Notes: generated by a model from the sequence alone, not told the origin. A stretch of DNA of 64,000 nucleotides from an uncultured virus (IMG/VR IMGVR_UViG_3300036766_001719) (IMGVR_UViG_3300036766_001719); one strand, 5' to 3'. Positions 9,700 to 20,421 are shown, counted from the stretch's first letter. Numbers and translations are program-made.

Positions 9700-10995
9700 T
9701 TATTTTCCATTAGGAGAAAATTCTATTAAAAATTTCAAACTAGCCTGATTAGTTTTGTAAACAATACATTCATCATTTGATACGCCGCTTATGCCTGCTT
9801 TTGCCCAAGTTGAATCATATCCTACAACTGGATACGTTCCATAATAATTTTTAGGCACAAAAAACTTACCCATAGCCACATCTGCTAAAAACATATAACA
9901 ATTATTATCTTTATTTTTCCCATCCCAATAACCATAAGAATAATTAAGAGATTTAGTGCTACTCGGTGCGAAATAAAGGCCATCATTGAACATCCTTCCT
10001 GTCACATGTGGAGAACTAACAGGTGGAATCAATAATCCCCCTTTTAAAATACTTAAAATATTAGAGACTCGACTGCCATGCCATAATTCCCAAATAGCAC
10101 CAAGTTGCTTGCCATACTTTTCAAAATTTTGGTACATCGTATCAATCTCAATACGATAAACCTTTTTAACATCCAAATGAGCGCAAGAATGAGAAGATTG
10201 AAAAGTAGATTTATATTTCTTCCTAATTCTATCAATTTCTTTCCCATCTTCGACATACTCAAGCTTAGAATTGAATAATTTGGGCATATCTTGCTTAGTT
10301 TCACCATTCTTTGCACCAGACAAAACTAATTGCAAAGATGCCTCCAAAGCGTCCAAAATACCGTTTTGAGCCTGCACTGATTTCAAATCAGGATAAAGGA
10401 CTTTCAAATCTGGCTTCCTACGGCCAATATCTTGCGGAATCATCATTAAATAAAAATTAGCCGTAGTGAAGAAAGAAGGATTTTCATAATCCCTTTTAAC
10501 TACATAATTACCGATTTGAGTAAGCAAATTTCTAGCTTGTTGAATTGCATCTTGAGTAACAATGCCCAAAGGCGTACTGAACGTTCCCTTACTTTCATCA
10601 TAAGCAAAAGTAGTTGAATTGAGAATGTTATGTACATTAACCTTACTCAGATAATCAACAAGCTTAAAAACCACCGGATTATTGGTTTGGATTTGTTTCT
10701 TTGCCACTTCTGCAAGATTGTGGCTTTGAAGTGACTCAACTTTATGATTGGCAGTATTGGAAAGCGTTTTCTGCTTTACATAACCCTTCTTTTCCTTCTC
10801 CCTACACTTACTTCCATAAAACCTTTCGGCTTCATATTGTCCAGCATGTGCAAACGTCTTGCTTTGTCCATCTTCACCAACTCGTCCCCACTGCGTTTTT
10901 ACACTATGGTCCGCATATCTTGTAATGTTCCAAAACTTATTGGAATTAGCCACGATGTCAGCTAAAATATACCTATCTTCTTGTACAGTAGACAT
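9700..10995 (-). CDS. WGR-domain poly(ADP-ribose) polymerase
   Basis: WGRVG...KEKKGY (WGR); FYLMMIPQ regulatory domain; LWHGS, GLYFAPSSTKSLNYS, NDECIVY (H-Y-E triad). Confidence 0.93.
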   Translation of the reverse strand: MSTVQEDRYILADIVANSNKFWNITRYADHSVKTQWGRVGEDGQSKTFAHAGQYEAERFYGSKCREKEKKGYVKQKTLSNTANHKVESLQSHNLAEVAKKQIQTNNPVVFKLVDYLSKVNVHNILNSTTFAYDESKGTFSTPLGIVTQDAIQQARNLLTQIGNYVVKRDYENPSFFTTANFYLMMIPQDIGRRKPDLKVLYPDLKSVQAQNGILDALEASLQLVLSGAKNGETKQDMPKLFNSKLEYVEDGKEIDRIRKKYKSTFQSSHSCAHLDVKKVYRIEIDTMYQNFEKYGKQLGAIWELWHGSRVSNILSILKGGLLIPPVSSPHVTGRMFNDGLYFAPSSTKSLNYSYGYWDGKNKDNNCYMFLADVAMGKFFVPKNYYGTYPVVGYDSTWAKAGISGVSNDECIVYKTNQASLKFLIEFSPNGK

Positions 10996-11105
10996 TAGTT
11001 ACTCCAGTTTAACAGTTAATAATATATCGACATGAACTATATAAAAGTTCAGTGCAATAAATGATTTCTACAAAAATATTATACTTCGACAAATAGAATT
11101 GGAAA

Positions 11106-11978
11106 CTAACAACTAGAATTTTCTGTCAAATTGCTTGGAATCTGTTTTCTGATTTTTTCCAGTCCTTGCTCTTTCAATTGCCGTACTCGTTCTTTACTAA
11201 TGTTAAATTCACGGCCAATTTCTTCCAAAGTCCAACATTTATCGGTATTAAACCCATAATACATTTCGATAATATGCTTTTCTCGTTCAGATAAAGTCTT
11301 AAGGATTCCTCTAAAATTAATATCCAAATCGAGAGATTCACTAGCTCTATAGTCTTTCTCATTTAAAAGAGCAGTCTCCATATCAGTCAAACATACCGAA
11401 TGCTTCAACTTATCCTTTTTGGCCTTAATTATAGCATCTAAAATGACGTAATAGGCATAGGTGCAAAATTTAGCACCATGCTTATAATCAAAATAATCTA
11501 CAGCCTTCACTAATCCTAAATTTCCGTCACTTATCAAATCAAGCAAATTTGCTTTATTCTGCCAATACTCTCTTTGTTTTTTAGCTAAATTAATTACTAA
11601 TCTGGAATTCGAATAAATTAATTGCTTTTTAATTTCTGCTGCCTGCCTTAACAAAGTTTCCACCAAAAAAACATCTTGCTCTTTAGTATTTTTGATGTTT
11701 TTATTTAAAAGCTTATATGCCTTATACTTAAGTAAATTAAATTGTCTAAAAAGATGATCTTCTTGTTCTTTTTCAAGAAGAGGTTCTTCATAGAAAGCTT
11801 GCATCTCTGGGGATGCAGTTTGTACTCTAATTTCTCGTCTCTTCTTTTCTACTTCTTCTTCTTTAGGAATTGGAGCCATGATCTCTGCCTCTCTAGCAGA
11901 ATTATCAAAATCCTTTTCCCAAAAATACTTTAACGGCTTCTCTAGCAAATGAAGAAGTTTTAATTTAATATCGTCCAT
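11106..11978 (-). CDS. RNA polymerase sigma-70 family factor
   Basis: SNSRLVINLAK, DLISDGNLGLVKAVDYFD...KFCTYA, TLEEIGREFNISKERVRQ. Confidence 0.92.
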   Translation of the reverse strand: MDDIKLKLLHLLEKPLKYFWEKDFDNSAREAEIMAPIPKEEEVEKKRREIRVQTASPEMQAFYEEPLLEKEQEDHLFRQFNLLKYKAYKLLNKNIKNTKEQDVFLVETLLRQAAEIKKQLIYSNSRLVINLAKKQREYWQNKANLLDLISDGNLGLVKAVDYFDYKHGAKFCTYAYYVILDAIIKAKKDKLKHSVCLTDMETALLNEKDYRASESLDLDINFRGILKTLSEREKHIIEMYYGFNTDKCWTLEEIGREFNISKERVRQLKEQGLEKIRKQIPSNLTENSSC

Positions 11979-12011
11979 CTGAATGAATCTTCTGAAATCG
12001 GTTAAACAATC

Positions 12012-12194
12012 TTAGTAGTGACACGGAACCGAACGAATAGCTTGAATTACTTCATCATCAGACACTTCATCAGCAGAGCCTTCAAAAGAAGTATCTTTCC
12101 TGTTCATAAGTAATGCAGTACCTTTCTCAACATTACCCCTGAGCGCACCAATCAATTTTTCTCTTTCCTCTACTGCTAACGGTCGAAAATCCAT
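12012..12194 (-). CDS. hypothetical protein
   Basis: AAGGAG RBS, 60 aa. Confidence 0.55.
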   Translation of the reverse strand: MDFRPLAVEEREKLIGALRGNVEKGTALLMNRKDTSFEGSADEVSDDEVIQAIRSVPCHY

Positions 12195-12464
12195 TTGGTC
12201 TTTCTCCTTGAAAAAAGGTTTAACCGTTCCTCATTTTACCCAAATTTTTTCATTTGGAAAGAGGAATTGTCAAAAATCCTAACATCTTCGATTTATTTAT
12301 TGCCAACTCTGGGATGCCTGTTCTTTTCAGTAGTTTAGATAACACACAATATCGCCTAAAGCATCACCACAATTATTTTTTAGTTGGCTATGTAGTACCA
12401 CGCCGCATAACATTTTTCACTTTGTCTCTCCTTTGGACCATGATGATTGAGGCATTTCCAAAAT

Positions 12465-12920
12465 CTAATTAACATCTTTCAAATTAATATATATTTTTTT
12501 AGGTGCCGCCTCTAAAAAGAACTTTCTTAAAGCTGGACATAACCAACCGGACAGTCCTACTTCTGGCCAATGATATACATCACCAGTACCTTCTTTTTTT
12601 ACCCATTCTAAACAAATTTTTGCATCAGGAAAAACATCTTTACTAAATATGATTAAAAATCCTTCATCAGCATTTTTAATATTCAATTTAGATACTGCAA
12701 CATCAATCAATGTATCTGCCCCAGACACAAAAGGTTCTTTAACTAAACCCTTCTCATCATCATCAAAAACCCACATGCCATTCCATTTATAAGGCTTAAT
12801 TACATTAATCTGATTTTCATTCAAGTTTTCTTCCTTTGTACCAAATAAGTTTTTCAAGAAGTTCATTTTATTTCCTTTCCAAAAGTTTTCAAAAATTAAT
12901 TTCCCAGCGTTTTTTCCCAC
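12465..12920 (-). CDS. DUF6717-like protein
   Basis: IKPYKWNGMWVFDD...KEPFVSGAD...GWLCPAL; start likely 12866. Confidence 0.7.
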   Translation of the reverse strand: MGKNAGKLIFENFWKGNKMNFLKNLFGTKEENLNENQINVIKPYKWNGMWVFDDDEKGLVKEPFVSGADTLIDVAVSKLNIKNADEGFLIIFSKDVFPDAKICLEWVKKEGTGDVYHWPEVGLSGWLCPALRKFFLEAAPKKIYINLKDVN

Positions 12921-14466
12921 AATCCCATATTTTAGCTAAGCCTCGCTCTATAGCCCATGCTGCTTCTGTAAGACCTTGCGGACACTTTGTTGACTTTTTG
13001 GACTGAGATTGCTTACTAAACCTACTAAGCGGAGCTTTCATTAAAACATAACTATAATCTGGACGATATTCTTTGCCTACAGAAAATCCTAAGTGTGAAT
13101 ATATTAGCCCTTGACTCCATCTATTATCACTAAAAGTTACTATTTTGTTATGACCTTTCGTGACAGCCCATTCTCTGCATTTAGAAAAAAGTCTTTTTGA
13201 GCCACCTATTACATTAACTCCATCTAAAAAACATAGTCGATCTAAACAAATCTGATTTACGCCCCTCATATGCCTGCCTAGTGACATTGCACCAACCAAT
13301 TTTTCTTCAAAGTTTAACCCAAAAAACACCAAGCCTAAATTATTAGAACTTTGAATGTGATTCTGATCTACAAATTCATTAAAATCTTTTCTAAATAATT
13401 CTACAACTTTACATTGCCTAGCATATATCCTCCTCTCACATACTCCTAAACTTGCCTTTAAAAAATTCTTACATTGCATCTCTCTAAGAAACCATTCATC
13501 AGAAAAAATAGTTATTAGTCTAATCCCTTTATCTAAGCATCGCTTGTATTTATCATAATGATACTTTTTCCCTCTTGGAGTTTTTGAAAGCTCCGTATGC
13601 CAATAATTCCCACAAAATTCTATAGCAAACTTTAAATTATCATCATACAAATCTAGTTCTCTATTAATTAAAATATCCCATGTAGATTGAAAATTAAAAC
13701 CAAATGAATTCAACCAATCTCTAAGTAATTCTTGAGCTTTGTGTTTTTGCGGAGGAAAAGGCTGTCCATATTTTTCTCTCCATTTGTCCTTTATTTTCTT
13801 CCATATTTCTTCTGAAGAAAAAGGATTACACACACCAAGCTTAGACAAAAAAGTTTGCTCCCTTTTCTTTTGTATCTCTATTGATTGACTAGGATTTTCT
13901 ACTCCAAAATTTTTGATATTTGTGGTTTTTATCTTTTCCTTAATTAAGGAAACCTGAAACACACATTTTTTCCCATAAGTCTCTTGACAAGTTTTTTCTG
14001 TCTTTTCTTTTACTACAATTGATTTCTGAGGATTATCGACTCCTAAATTAGCAATCCAAGTTTTCTTTTTATTTTCTTTTATTTTTTCAGATTTAGATGG
14101 ATGATCTACTCCTAAATTTTCTAAATGTTTTTTACGTATTCCTTCTTTAATTTGCTTAGATTTAAAAACATTATCTACGCCCCACCTTTCTTCAACTGTT
14201 TGCTTTTGCTTGTCTTTAAAAACCTCAGAATGCATAGGATTTTCAAAACCTATCGCAACTTTACAACTTTCTTTTCTCTTCCTTACAATACATTCTTTGC
14301 TTCTACAGACATCAATTTTTACTATCTTCCTACCACGATTAATTGAAAACTTAGTCCTATCAAATATAGCCCCACAATAATCACATTTACATACAACATT
14401 CCCGGCTAATTTAATTTTACTAAAAAATTCACCAAATTTAATAAAAGTTTCATGTTCTAATATCAT
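12889..14466 (-). CDS. Hef-like / PD-(D/E)XK homing endonuclease with GVDN repeats and C-terminal acetyltransferase-like domain
   Basis: Repeats (W/L/F)GV(D/E)(N/H)P; ELDLY...AIEFCGNYWH...LITIFSDEW; IYARQC; IWDCGK. Confidence 0.75.
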   Translation of the reverse strand: MILEHETFIKFGEFFSKIKLAGNVVCKCDYCGAIFDRTKFSINRGRKIVKIDVCRSKECIVRKRKESCKVAIGFENPMHSEVFKDKQKQTVEERWGVDNVFKSKQIKEGIRKKHLENLGVDHPSKSEKIKENKKKTWIANLGVDNPQKSIVVKEKTEKTCQETYGKKCVFQVSLIKEKIKTTNIKNFGVENPSQSIEIQKKREQTFLSKLGVCNPFSSEEIWKKIKDKWREKYGQPFPPQKHKAQELLRDWLNSFGFNFQSTWDILINRELDLYDDNLKFAIEFCGNYWHTELSKTPRGKKYHYDKYKRCLDKGIRLITIFSDEWFLREMQCKNFLKASLGVCERRIYARQCKVVELFRKDFNEFVDQNHIQSSNNLGLVFFGLNFEEKLVGAMSLGRHMRGVNQICLDRLCFLDGVNVIGGSKRLFSKCREWAVTKGHNKIVTFSDNRWSQGLIYSHLGFSVGKEYRPDYSYVLMKAPLSRFSKQSQSKKSTKCPQGLTEAAWAIERGLAKIWDCGKKRWEINF

Positions 14467-14499
14467 CCTTGATATTTAGAACATTTTTCAACTTTTAAA

Positions 14500-15822
14500 T
14501 CAAGCCGCTTCTTTATCAGAAAGTTTTGTAATTACTGCCTCTTCACCCCTAACAACACCATCCGTTATAATATAAGTACATCCTTTCCCATCAGTAATGC
14601 TATACTGAAGCTCAAGCATAATATCCTCAACCACTCCACGCAATGCCCTTGCTCCCGTATCATTTTTAAGTGCCTTTCGAGCAATCTCACGCTTTGCTTC
14701 ATCTGTAAATTCAAGAATTGCGTTATTATATCTAAAAAGCTTCTGATATTGCTTAAGTAAAGCATTTTTAGGTTCGGTTAACACCTTGACTAAAGCATCT
14801 TCACTTAGTTCTTCCAGAGCAGTAACAACAGGCAATCTCCCTATAAATTCAGGAATTAATCCAAATTCAATTAAATCATCTGTAATTATTTGTGACAATA
14901 ATGCATCTCGTCTTTTCTTCCTATCTAAATCACTTTGCAAAATTGGTGCTCCAAATCCAATAGACTTCTTCCCTACTCTACGTGCAATAATATCCTCTAA
15001 ACCAACAAAAGCCCCACCACAAATGAAAAGAATATTAGTTGTATCTATCTGCAAGTATTGTTGTTCAGGATGCTTACGACCACCTTGAGGGGGAACATTG
15101 GCAATCGTGCCTTCTAACATTTTAAGAAGCGCTTGTTGTACGCCTTCACCACTAACATCTCTAGTAATAGAAACATTTCTACTTGTTTTACCTATTTTAT
15201 CAATTTCATCAATATAAATGATACCTGTTTGCGCTCTTTCAATGTCAAAATCCGCAGCACGCAAAAGTCTAAGCAATAAGTTTTCGACATCTTCCCCAAC
15301 GTATCCAGCCTCAGTAATTGTAGTTGCATCACCAATAGCAAAAGGAACATCTAAGAGTTTGGCTAAAGTTTGACACAATAAAGTCTTACCACATCCAGTA
15401 GGACCAAGAAGAAGAATATTACTTTTGTCAATAATTACAGAATCTAACTCGTCTGTACCTTGATAATTATTTTTACGCAACTTTTCTTCATCAATCAATC
15501 GTTTATAATGATTAGATACGGCAACAGAAAGAATCTTCTTAGCCTTATTCTGACCAATAACATACTCATCCAACCTTTTAACTAATTCAATTGGAGGCGG
15601 GATATAAGTTGGAACATGCATACCAGACGCTCGTAAACCACGTTCATTAACAATATTAACACAATTGTCAACACATTTTGGGCAAATGTAAACTGAAACT
15701 GAATTTTCACCACCCCTTCCATTACCAGAACTTCCCGGTGCCTCAATGAGTTTATTGTCTAACTCCTTAGAACTCTTGTTGCAAAAATCACAATAGACTA
15801 TTGTACCCTTTTTTTTAGCCAT
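14500..15822 (-). CDS. clpX: ATP-dependent Clp protease ATP-binding subunit ClpX
   Basis: Zn finger CDFC...[36 protein letters not shown] loop, GARALR. Confidence 0.97.
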   Translation of the reverse strand: MAKKKGTIVYCDFCNKSSKELDNKLIEAPGSSGNGRGGENSVSVYICPKCVDNCVNIVNERGLRASGMHVPTYIPPPIELVKRLDEYVIGQNKAKKILSVAVSNHYKRLIDEEKLRKNNYQGTDELDSVIIDKSNILLLGPTGCGKTLLCQTLAKLLDVPFAIGDATTITEAGYVGEDVENLLLRLLRAADFDIERAQTGIIYIDEIDKIGKTSRNVSITRDVSGEGVQQALLKMLEGTIANVPPQGGRKHPEQQYLQIDTTNILFICGGAFVGLEDIIARRVGKKSIGFGAPILQSDLDRKKRRDALLSQIITDDLIEFGLIPEFIGRLPVVTALEELSEDALVKVLTEPKNALLKQYQKLFRYNNAILEFTDEAKREIARKALKNDTGARALRGVVEDIMLELQYSITDGKGCTYIITDGVVRGEEAVITKLSDKEAA

Positions 15823-15913
15823 AAATCCTACCTTTCTATACTTACGTACACTGAGCTTCTGTAGCGTTGCTGACCATATTGTACTCCAGGCTCAACCACT
15901 TGTAAACAAAGAA

Positions 15914-16690
15914 CTAAGGTTCAATTTCTTTAATTTCTTCCAACAATACAATCAAATCCTGAAACCAAGGTTCTTCACTTGAAATTGACTTCAACAATGA
16001 AATGGTTTGTTGAAAATTGGCAGACTTAAACTCTTCCATATCAAGTACTTGAGCTAATTTTGCCCTTAAAGATTTGAAAGACTCTACTTTTTGGACCATT
16101 TGAAGTTCACGTTGCGCTCCAAATATGACCCACAAAAAAATCAAAGCCCAAATCCACAAATTGCAAGCCAAAGAAAGAAAAACAAAAAGTCCGGCCAAGA
16201 ATTGTCCTATTCTTACAGAATATAATGTAGCTTTAGAAAAATTGCCAAACAACTTATGTAGACTTGATCGAAGAATTCTGCCTCCATCCATAGGAATTAA
16301 TGGAAGTAAATTGAATGTAGCCAAAATAAAATTCACATAGAAGCAAAGTACAAAGTAATTGTTTTCTAAAAAATAAGCTGGGAAGAAAAAAACAATTGCT
16401 AAAACAACATTAACTAAAGGTCCAGCTATAGTAACAAACAATTCTTCTTTGTAGTCATTATATTCAAAAGCAATCCTAGCTACACCACCAATAGGATACA
16501 AAGTTATATCAGCTACATCCAAATTATACCATCGAGCCATTAAACTATGACCATATTCATGCAAAGTTACGAAAAAAAATGCCAGCAAAGAAACTGGCAA
16601 AAGCTCTGGCTGGATACAGCACAGTATCAAAATAAATATAAACCAAGTCCAATGAAAATAAAGAGGAATTCCAAAAAAAGTAAGTTTCAT
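15914..16690 (-). CDS. site-2 protease (M50 family)
   Basis: HEYGH, IAGPLVN, FNLLPLIPMDGGR, hydrophobic segments. Confidence 0.92.
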   Translation of the reverse strand: MKLTFFGIPLYFHWTWFIFILILCCIQPELLPVSLLAFFFVTLHEYGHSLMARWYNLDVADITLYPIGGVARIAFEYNDYKEELFVTIAGPLVNVVLAIVFFFPAYFLENNYFVLCFYVNFILATFNLLPLIPMDGGRILRSSLHKLFGNFSKATLYSVRIGQFLAGLFVFLSLACNLWIWALIFLWVIFGAQRELQMVQKVESFKSLRAKLAQVLDMEEFKSANFQQTISLLKSISSEEPWFQDLIVLLEEIKEIEP

Positions 16691-16727
16691 TCCTCTTATC
16701 TAGACAATTTTAACCAAAAAAGCTATA

Positions 16728-17315
16728 CTAATTAAAGTCTTTTGTAGCCAACATTAGTTTAGCTACTGATTTTTGGCAAAAAGACTTAGATTCCCTTTCT
16801 ATAAATTCATATATGATTCCTGTTAATGAGCTAGGTTTAGTAAAGCATTGAACCAACTCCCCTGGACACACTATTGGAGTTTCAGTAGCGAATTCGGCAT
16901 ATCCCTTGTCTCGCCACTCCTGCATCTTATTTGCCACACTATCAACCAAATAAGCCATATGATGAATATAGCCCTTATCTTTGTGCGCCTCTACCCATCG
17001 ACCTATTATAGAATTAGGATTCATTTGTCCAGTTTCATCTACAGGATCAGAAATAAATAAATCCGGGGGGATATGATATTCACTTTCATATCCGTGATCG
17101 TAAATAGTCCACGGATAACTCGGCTTAAAATTCTCACACTTTTCTGGGGGTTCCAAAATAAGACAATTCGCTTTTGATCCATCATCAAAATCTATAGTAA
17201 ATCCTCCATCAACCAATCCTTCTCCCTTTGCTAATCTATAATTAAATGCATCAATAAAAAACTGTGCTGTTTTATGTCTTAAAGGACAACGTAATGCAAT
17301 GTGATCTAGTCTAAT
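16728..17315 (-). CDS. VOC/glyoxalase-superfamily protein (ATT start)
   Basis: N-terminal RLDHIALR and IHHMAYLV...LVQCFT...YEFIER; frame extends to ATT at 17315 behind AAGGAG. Confidence 0.75.
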   Translation of the reverse strand: MRLDHIALRCPLRHKTAQFFIDAFNYRLAKGEGLVDGGFTIDFDDGSKANCLILEPPEKCENFKPSYPWTIYDHGYESEYHIPPDLFISDPVDETGQMNPNSIIGRWVEAHKDKGYIHHMAYLVDSVANKMQEWRDKGYAEFATETPIVCPGELVQCFTKPSSLTGIIYEFIERESKSFCQKSVAKLMLATKDFN

Positions 17316-17371
17316 TTTCTACTCCTTAAAATTATTAACTTACTATTAATAGAGTAGCAAAAGAGGCAGAA

Positions 17372-17683
17372 ATGATCGAAAAAAAATGTATTTATATTTT
17401 CCTAAGGAAAGATTTAGACCCTACTCAATTGATTATTCAGGCTGCTCATATCTCACTAGAAATTGGCCGATCCATGCCATTGCCTGATGAACGTTATCGC
17501 ATTATTATTCTAGGTATTCGCAGTGAACCAAAATTACTTTCAGTTATAAAAGAACTAAGTCTATTAAAAATAAACTATAAAGAATTCAAAGAACCAGACC
17601 TTAATTTTTCATTGACAGCAGTTGCAACAGAACCACTTGATAAAGAAAAAGCCAATTTATTTAGCAGATATAGACTTCTCTGA
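17372..17683 (+). CDS. peptidyl-tRNA hydrolase Pth2-like protein
   Basis: YIFLRKDL...QAAH...FKEPD...TAVATEP. Confidence 0.75.
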   Translation: MIEKKCIYIFLRKDLDPTQLIIQAAHISLEIGRSMPLPDERYRIIILGIRSEPKLLSVIKELSLLKINYKEFKEPDLNFSLTAVATEPLDKEKANLFSRYRLL

Positions 17684-17687
17684 GAAA

Positions 17688-18167
17688 TCATCGTTCAACC
17701 AAGTCAAAACGTACTGGCCTGGTTTTTGCTCTGGTAGTTCTTTTAAATTCTCTATTTTTTGTCAAGCACATTAAAACAATTGATTGAAAATTCCTACTAT
17801 TACTTTTATATCCTGCTTCTTTTACCATGTCCGAAATTTCCTTAGCGGCAAGCGGCTCATTGCTATTCTGAAGGGCTTCTTTAATAAATTCTCGCAAAGA
17901 TTTGGGATTTTCAATTACTAAGCCGACTTCCCCAAGTAGCTTTCTTAACTTGTCCTCCGCTAATGACAAGCGTTCAGTAAATTCAGAACGAATATCAGCT
18001 ATCTCTACGCCTAAAATAAGAACTTGCTCCTTATGCACGTCAAGACTCTTCTTGTGATCTTCAAGATTTTTTTCTAATTCTGCAATAGAAAATTGTTCAG
18101 ACATTTTATCCCTTTCATGAAAGAAATGGGATTGCTTATCATTAAGACAAGCAATCCCATAACCCAA
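17688..18167 (-). CDS. coiled-coil plus winged-helix DNA-binding protein
   Basis: SLREFIKEAL...PLAAKEI...GYKSNS; start likely 18103. Confidence 0.6.
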   Translation of the reverse strand: MGYGIACLNDKQSHFFHERDKMSEQFSIAELEKNLEDHKKSLDVHKEQVLILGVEIADIRSEFTERLSLAEDKLRKLLGEVGLVIENPKSLREFIKEALQNSNEPLAAKEISDMVKEAGYKSNSRNFQSIVLMCLTKNREFKRTTRAKTRPVRFDLVER

Positions 18168-18174
18168 TTACGTT

Positions 18175-18612
18175 TTAGGCGGCAGCAGTGGCAAGAAAAT
18201 AACGCTTCGTTTCCTTATTCCGTTGAACAACAGAATCTTTTTGCAGATGGAACAAAGCTTGGGCAATAACAGCAGCAACATTATCAGCCTTAGACTTATA
18301 TTCGCCCTTTTCGATCAAACTCTTAACCGACTCGACCACTTCTTTCATTTCCATGCCATCCTTGTTACTGGAAAGGACTTCCTGAACCACATCCTTCAAG
18401 GATCGCTTCTTTTCTTTTTCCTTGCCTTCCGGCTTATCAGGATTTGCCTTATCCTCTTTCTTTACCTTCGGACGCCCTGCCTTACGAACTGGCGGCACGG
18501 ACTTACTTACAGTCTTAAGCTCTTGAGACAATTGGCCTTCCACCTTGGAAAGCTTATCAATCAGATCGGCCCGCTCCTTAGCCAACTTAGAAAAACGGTC
18601 GTTCATTCCCAA
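18175..18612 (-). CDS. coiled-coil / AT-hook-like / winged-helix protein
   Basis: RKAGRPK; SLKDVVQEVL...GEYKSKA; related to the adjacent gene. Confidence 0.6.
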   Translation of the reverse strand: MGMNDRFSKLAKERADLIDKLSKVEGQLSQELKTVSKSVPPVRKAGRPKVKKEDKANPDKPEGKEKEKKRSLKDVVQEVLSSNKDGMEMKEVVESVKSLIEKGEYKSKADNVAAVIAQALFHLQKDSVVQRNKETKRYFLATAAA

Positions 18613-18836
18613 TCTCCTGTTTTAATTTATTGGCCCATATGTTAGAATGTGGAACTTGAAGGGCCGTTATCAAGTAGCCACGTCTCTTATGCTTTAATGA
18701 TACTCCATACCCTCATATTGTAAAGGGTAGGAATATAAAGTTTTTTTTGATTTCGGCGTAAGACTACTCTGGTAAAGGTGTTAGGAGATCAGATATTTTT
18801 CAAAGAATTTCACTATGCATTAAGAAAGGATCAAAA

Positions 18837-19013
18837 ATGCTGGTACTTAGTCGCAAAAAAGACGAGACAATAGTTCTTACACAACCCGGCAAGAAAGACA
18901 TTAAAATCACTGTTGTACGCATCGACAACAAAAATAAGGTAAGGATTGGCATTGATGCCGATAAAGAAGTAATCGTCCTTCGATCAGAATTGGACAAGCG
19001 TTCATCTACTTAG
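18837..19013 (+). CDS. csrA: carbon storage regulator CsrA (not in ORF track)
   Basis: MLVLSRKKDETIVL...IKITVVRID..KVRIGIDA...VLRSEL; AAAGGA RBS. Confidence 0.92.
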   Translation: MLVLSRKKDETIVLTQPGKKDIKITVVRIDNKNKVRIGIDADKEVIVLRSELDKRSST

Positions 19014-19215
19014 GCTTTTTCTTCTTACGATTAGGATCAAGAAATTTCCCATTTAACTCCTGAGATACATATTTCTCAATTTCAGGATTTATTAGATGGG
19101 TGATTTCTGGATTCTCTTCTAAATCCCTCTTAAGCGCAGAGCGTAACCTCTTGTTGCCCCTGCGCTTAATTTCTTTCTTCAGCTTCCTAAATTCTCTTTT
19201 TTCTTTGTTACTCAT
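19006..19215 (-). CDS. basic hypothetical protein
   Basis: ORF coupled to prs. Confidence 0.5.
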   Translation of the reverse strand: MSNKEKREFRKLKKEIKRRGNKRLRSALKRDLEENPEITHLINPEIEKYVSQELNGKFLDPNRKKKKPK

Positions 19216-20189
19216 CTCAATAAATCACTAATTGATCCCCCCTGGTCATGCGTTCTCCTAATTGCCTGGCCAAAAAGTTTCGTTGTGTTAATTATGTGCA
19301 ATTTCTTCCTATTTTCTTCATTTACCCCACACGGCTCTATTGTATCCGTAACCACTATCCTATCTATACTGGACAAATTTTCATTTGCATTCCCAGAAAA
19401 TAATCCATGTGTGCAACAGGCTCCCCACAAAGTCCCCCCATGACTTGAAATGGCCTTCTTGCATTCTACAATGGTAGACCCAGAAGAGATCATGTCATCA
19501 ATAATAATTACTGATTTTTTCTCAACATTGCCAATTATATTAATCCCCTGAATAATTCTGCCAGTATGCGTTTTATCAAGATACGCTAAACCAACCTCAA
19601 CTTTCAACTTCTCAGCTAAAGAATTACGAAACCTCTTGGCACGGCCCATACCGCCTGAATCTGGACTCAACACGACCAAATTTTCAGGATCATCCTTATA
19701 TTTATCCAAAACGTATTCAACAATTAAATTCTTTGCCTCAAGATTATCTGTAGGTATTCGGTATGAATTTTGCAGTGCAGATAAATTATGTACATCTATT
19801 GTAAGCAATCTGTCTGTATTGACTGCTTCTAATAACTTGGCAACATACTTGGTGGCAATCAATTCCCTTGAACTTACCTTCCTATCTTGCCTAGAAAAAG
19901 CCAAATATGGAATAATAGCTGTAACTCTGGCAGCAGATGCATCATACAAAGAACCAATAAAAAACAAAAGTTTGATAAATTTGTCCGCTACTGTCTCTGT
20001 TGAGTCAGTGTACAGGGATTGAATGACATAAACATCACAACCACGGACATTTACATCAGACCTAACATAAGGCTCATGATCTGGAAAATATTCTTCTTTA
20101 TGTTTACTTAATTCTACATCCAAATAATCAGCAACTTGTTGTGCAAATTTTTTTGTAGCATTCATTCCAAACAAACGAAGATCATTCAT
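19212..20189 (-). CDS. prs: ribose-phosphate pyrophosphokinase family protein
   Basis: VRGCDVYVIQS, PYLAFSRQDRK, DVHN, SPDSGG, IIIDDMISSGST. Confidence 0.92.
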   Translation of the reverse strand: MNDLRLFGMNATKKFAQQVADYLDVELSKHKEEYFPDHEPYVRSDVNVRGCDVYVIQSLYTDSTETVADKFIKLLFFIGSLYDASAARVTAIIPYLAFSRQDRKVSSRELIATKYVAKLLEAVNTDRLLTIDVHNLSALQNSYRIPTDNLEAKNLIVEYVLDKYKDDPENLVVLSPDSGGMGRAKRFRNSLAEKLKVEVGLAYLDKTHTGRIIQGINIIGNVEKKSVIIIDDMISSGSTIVECKKAISSHGGTLWGACCTHGLFSGNANENLSSIDRIVVTDTIEPCGVNEENRKKLHIINTTKLFGQAIRRTHDQGGSISDLLR

Positions 20190-20421
20190 TATTAGCCTCT
20201 ATAATTTCTACCTCTGAATTTGTTTCAAGCCAACACTTGGCTCCACATGATAAAGGCTTATCAGGACTATAAACTAATTTAGATGGGCCATGAATGATAA
20301 CTTTATGGGCATATAAATTAGAATTATAAGTTTTTATAGTAATTGCTGGATTACGCTCTCCAGTTTTTGAATTACGTTTAATTATATGTTGATTTATATG
20401 AATTATCTTTTTCATGTTCAT
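20182..20421 (-). CDS. conserved phage hypothetical protein
   Basis: IHINQH...PLSCGAKCWLET. Confidence 0.7.
   Translation of the reverse strand: MNMKKIIHINQHIIKRNSKTGERNPAITIKTYNSNLYAHKVIIHGPSKLVYSPDKPLSCGAKCWLETNSEVEIIEANNE

Noticed and set aside
18800..18997. 65-aa minus-strand ORF
   Set aside because: Antisense to csrA, which has clear homology and an RBS
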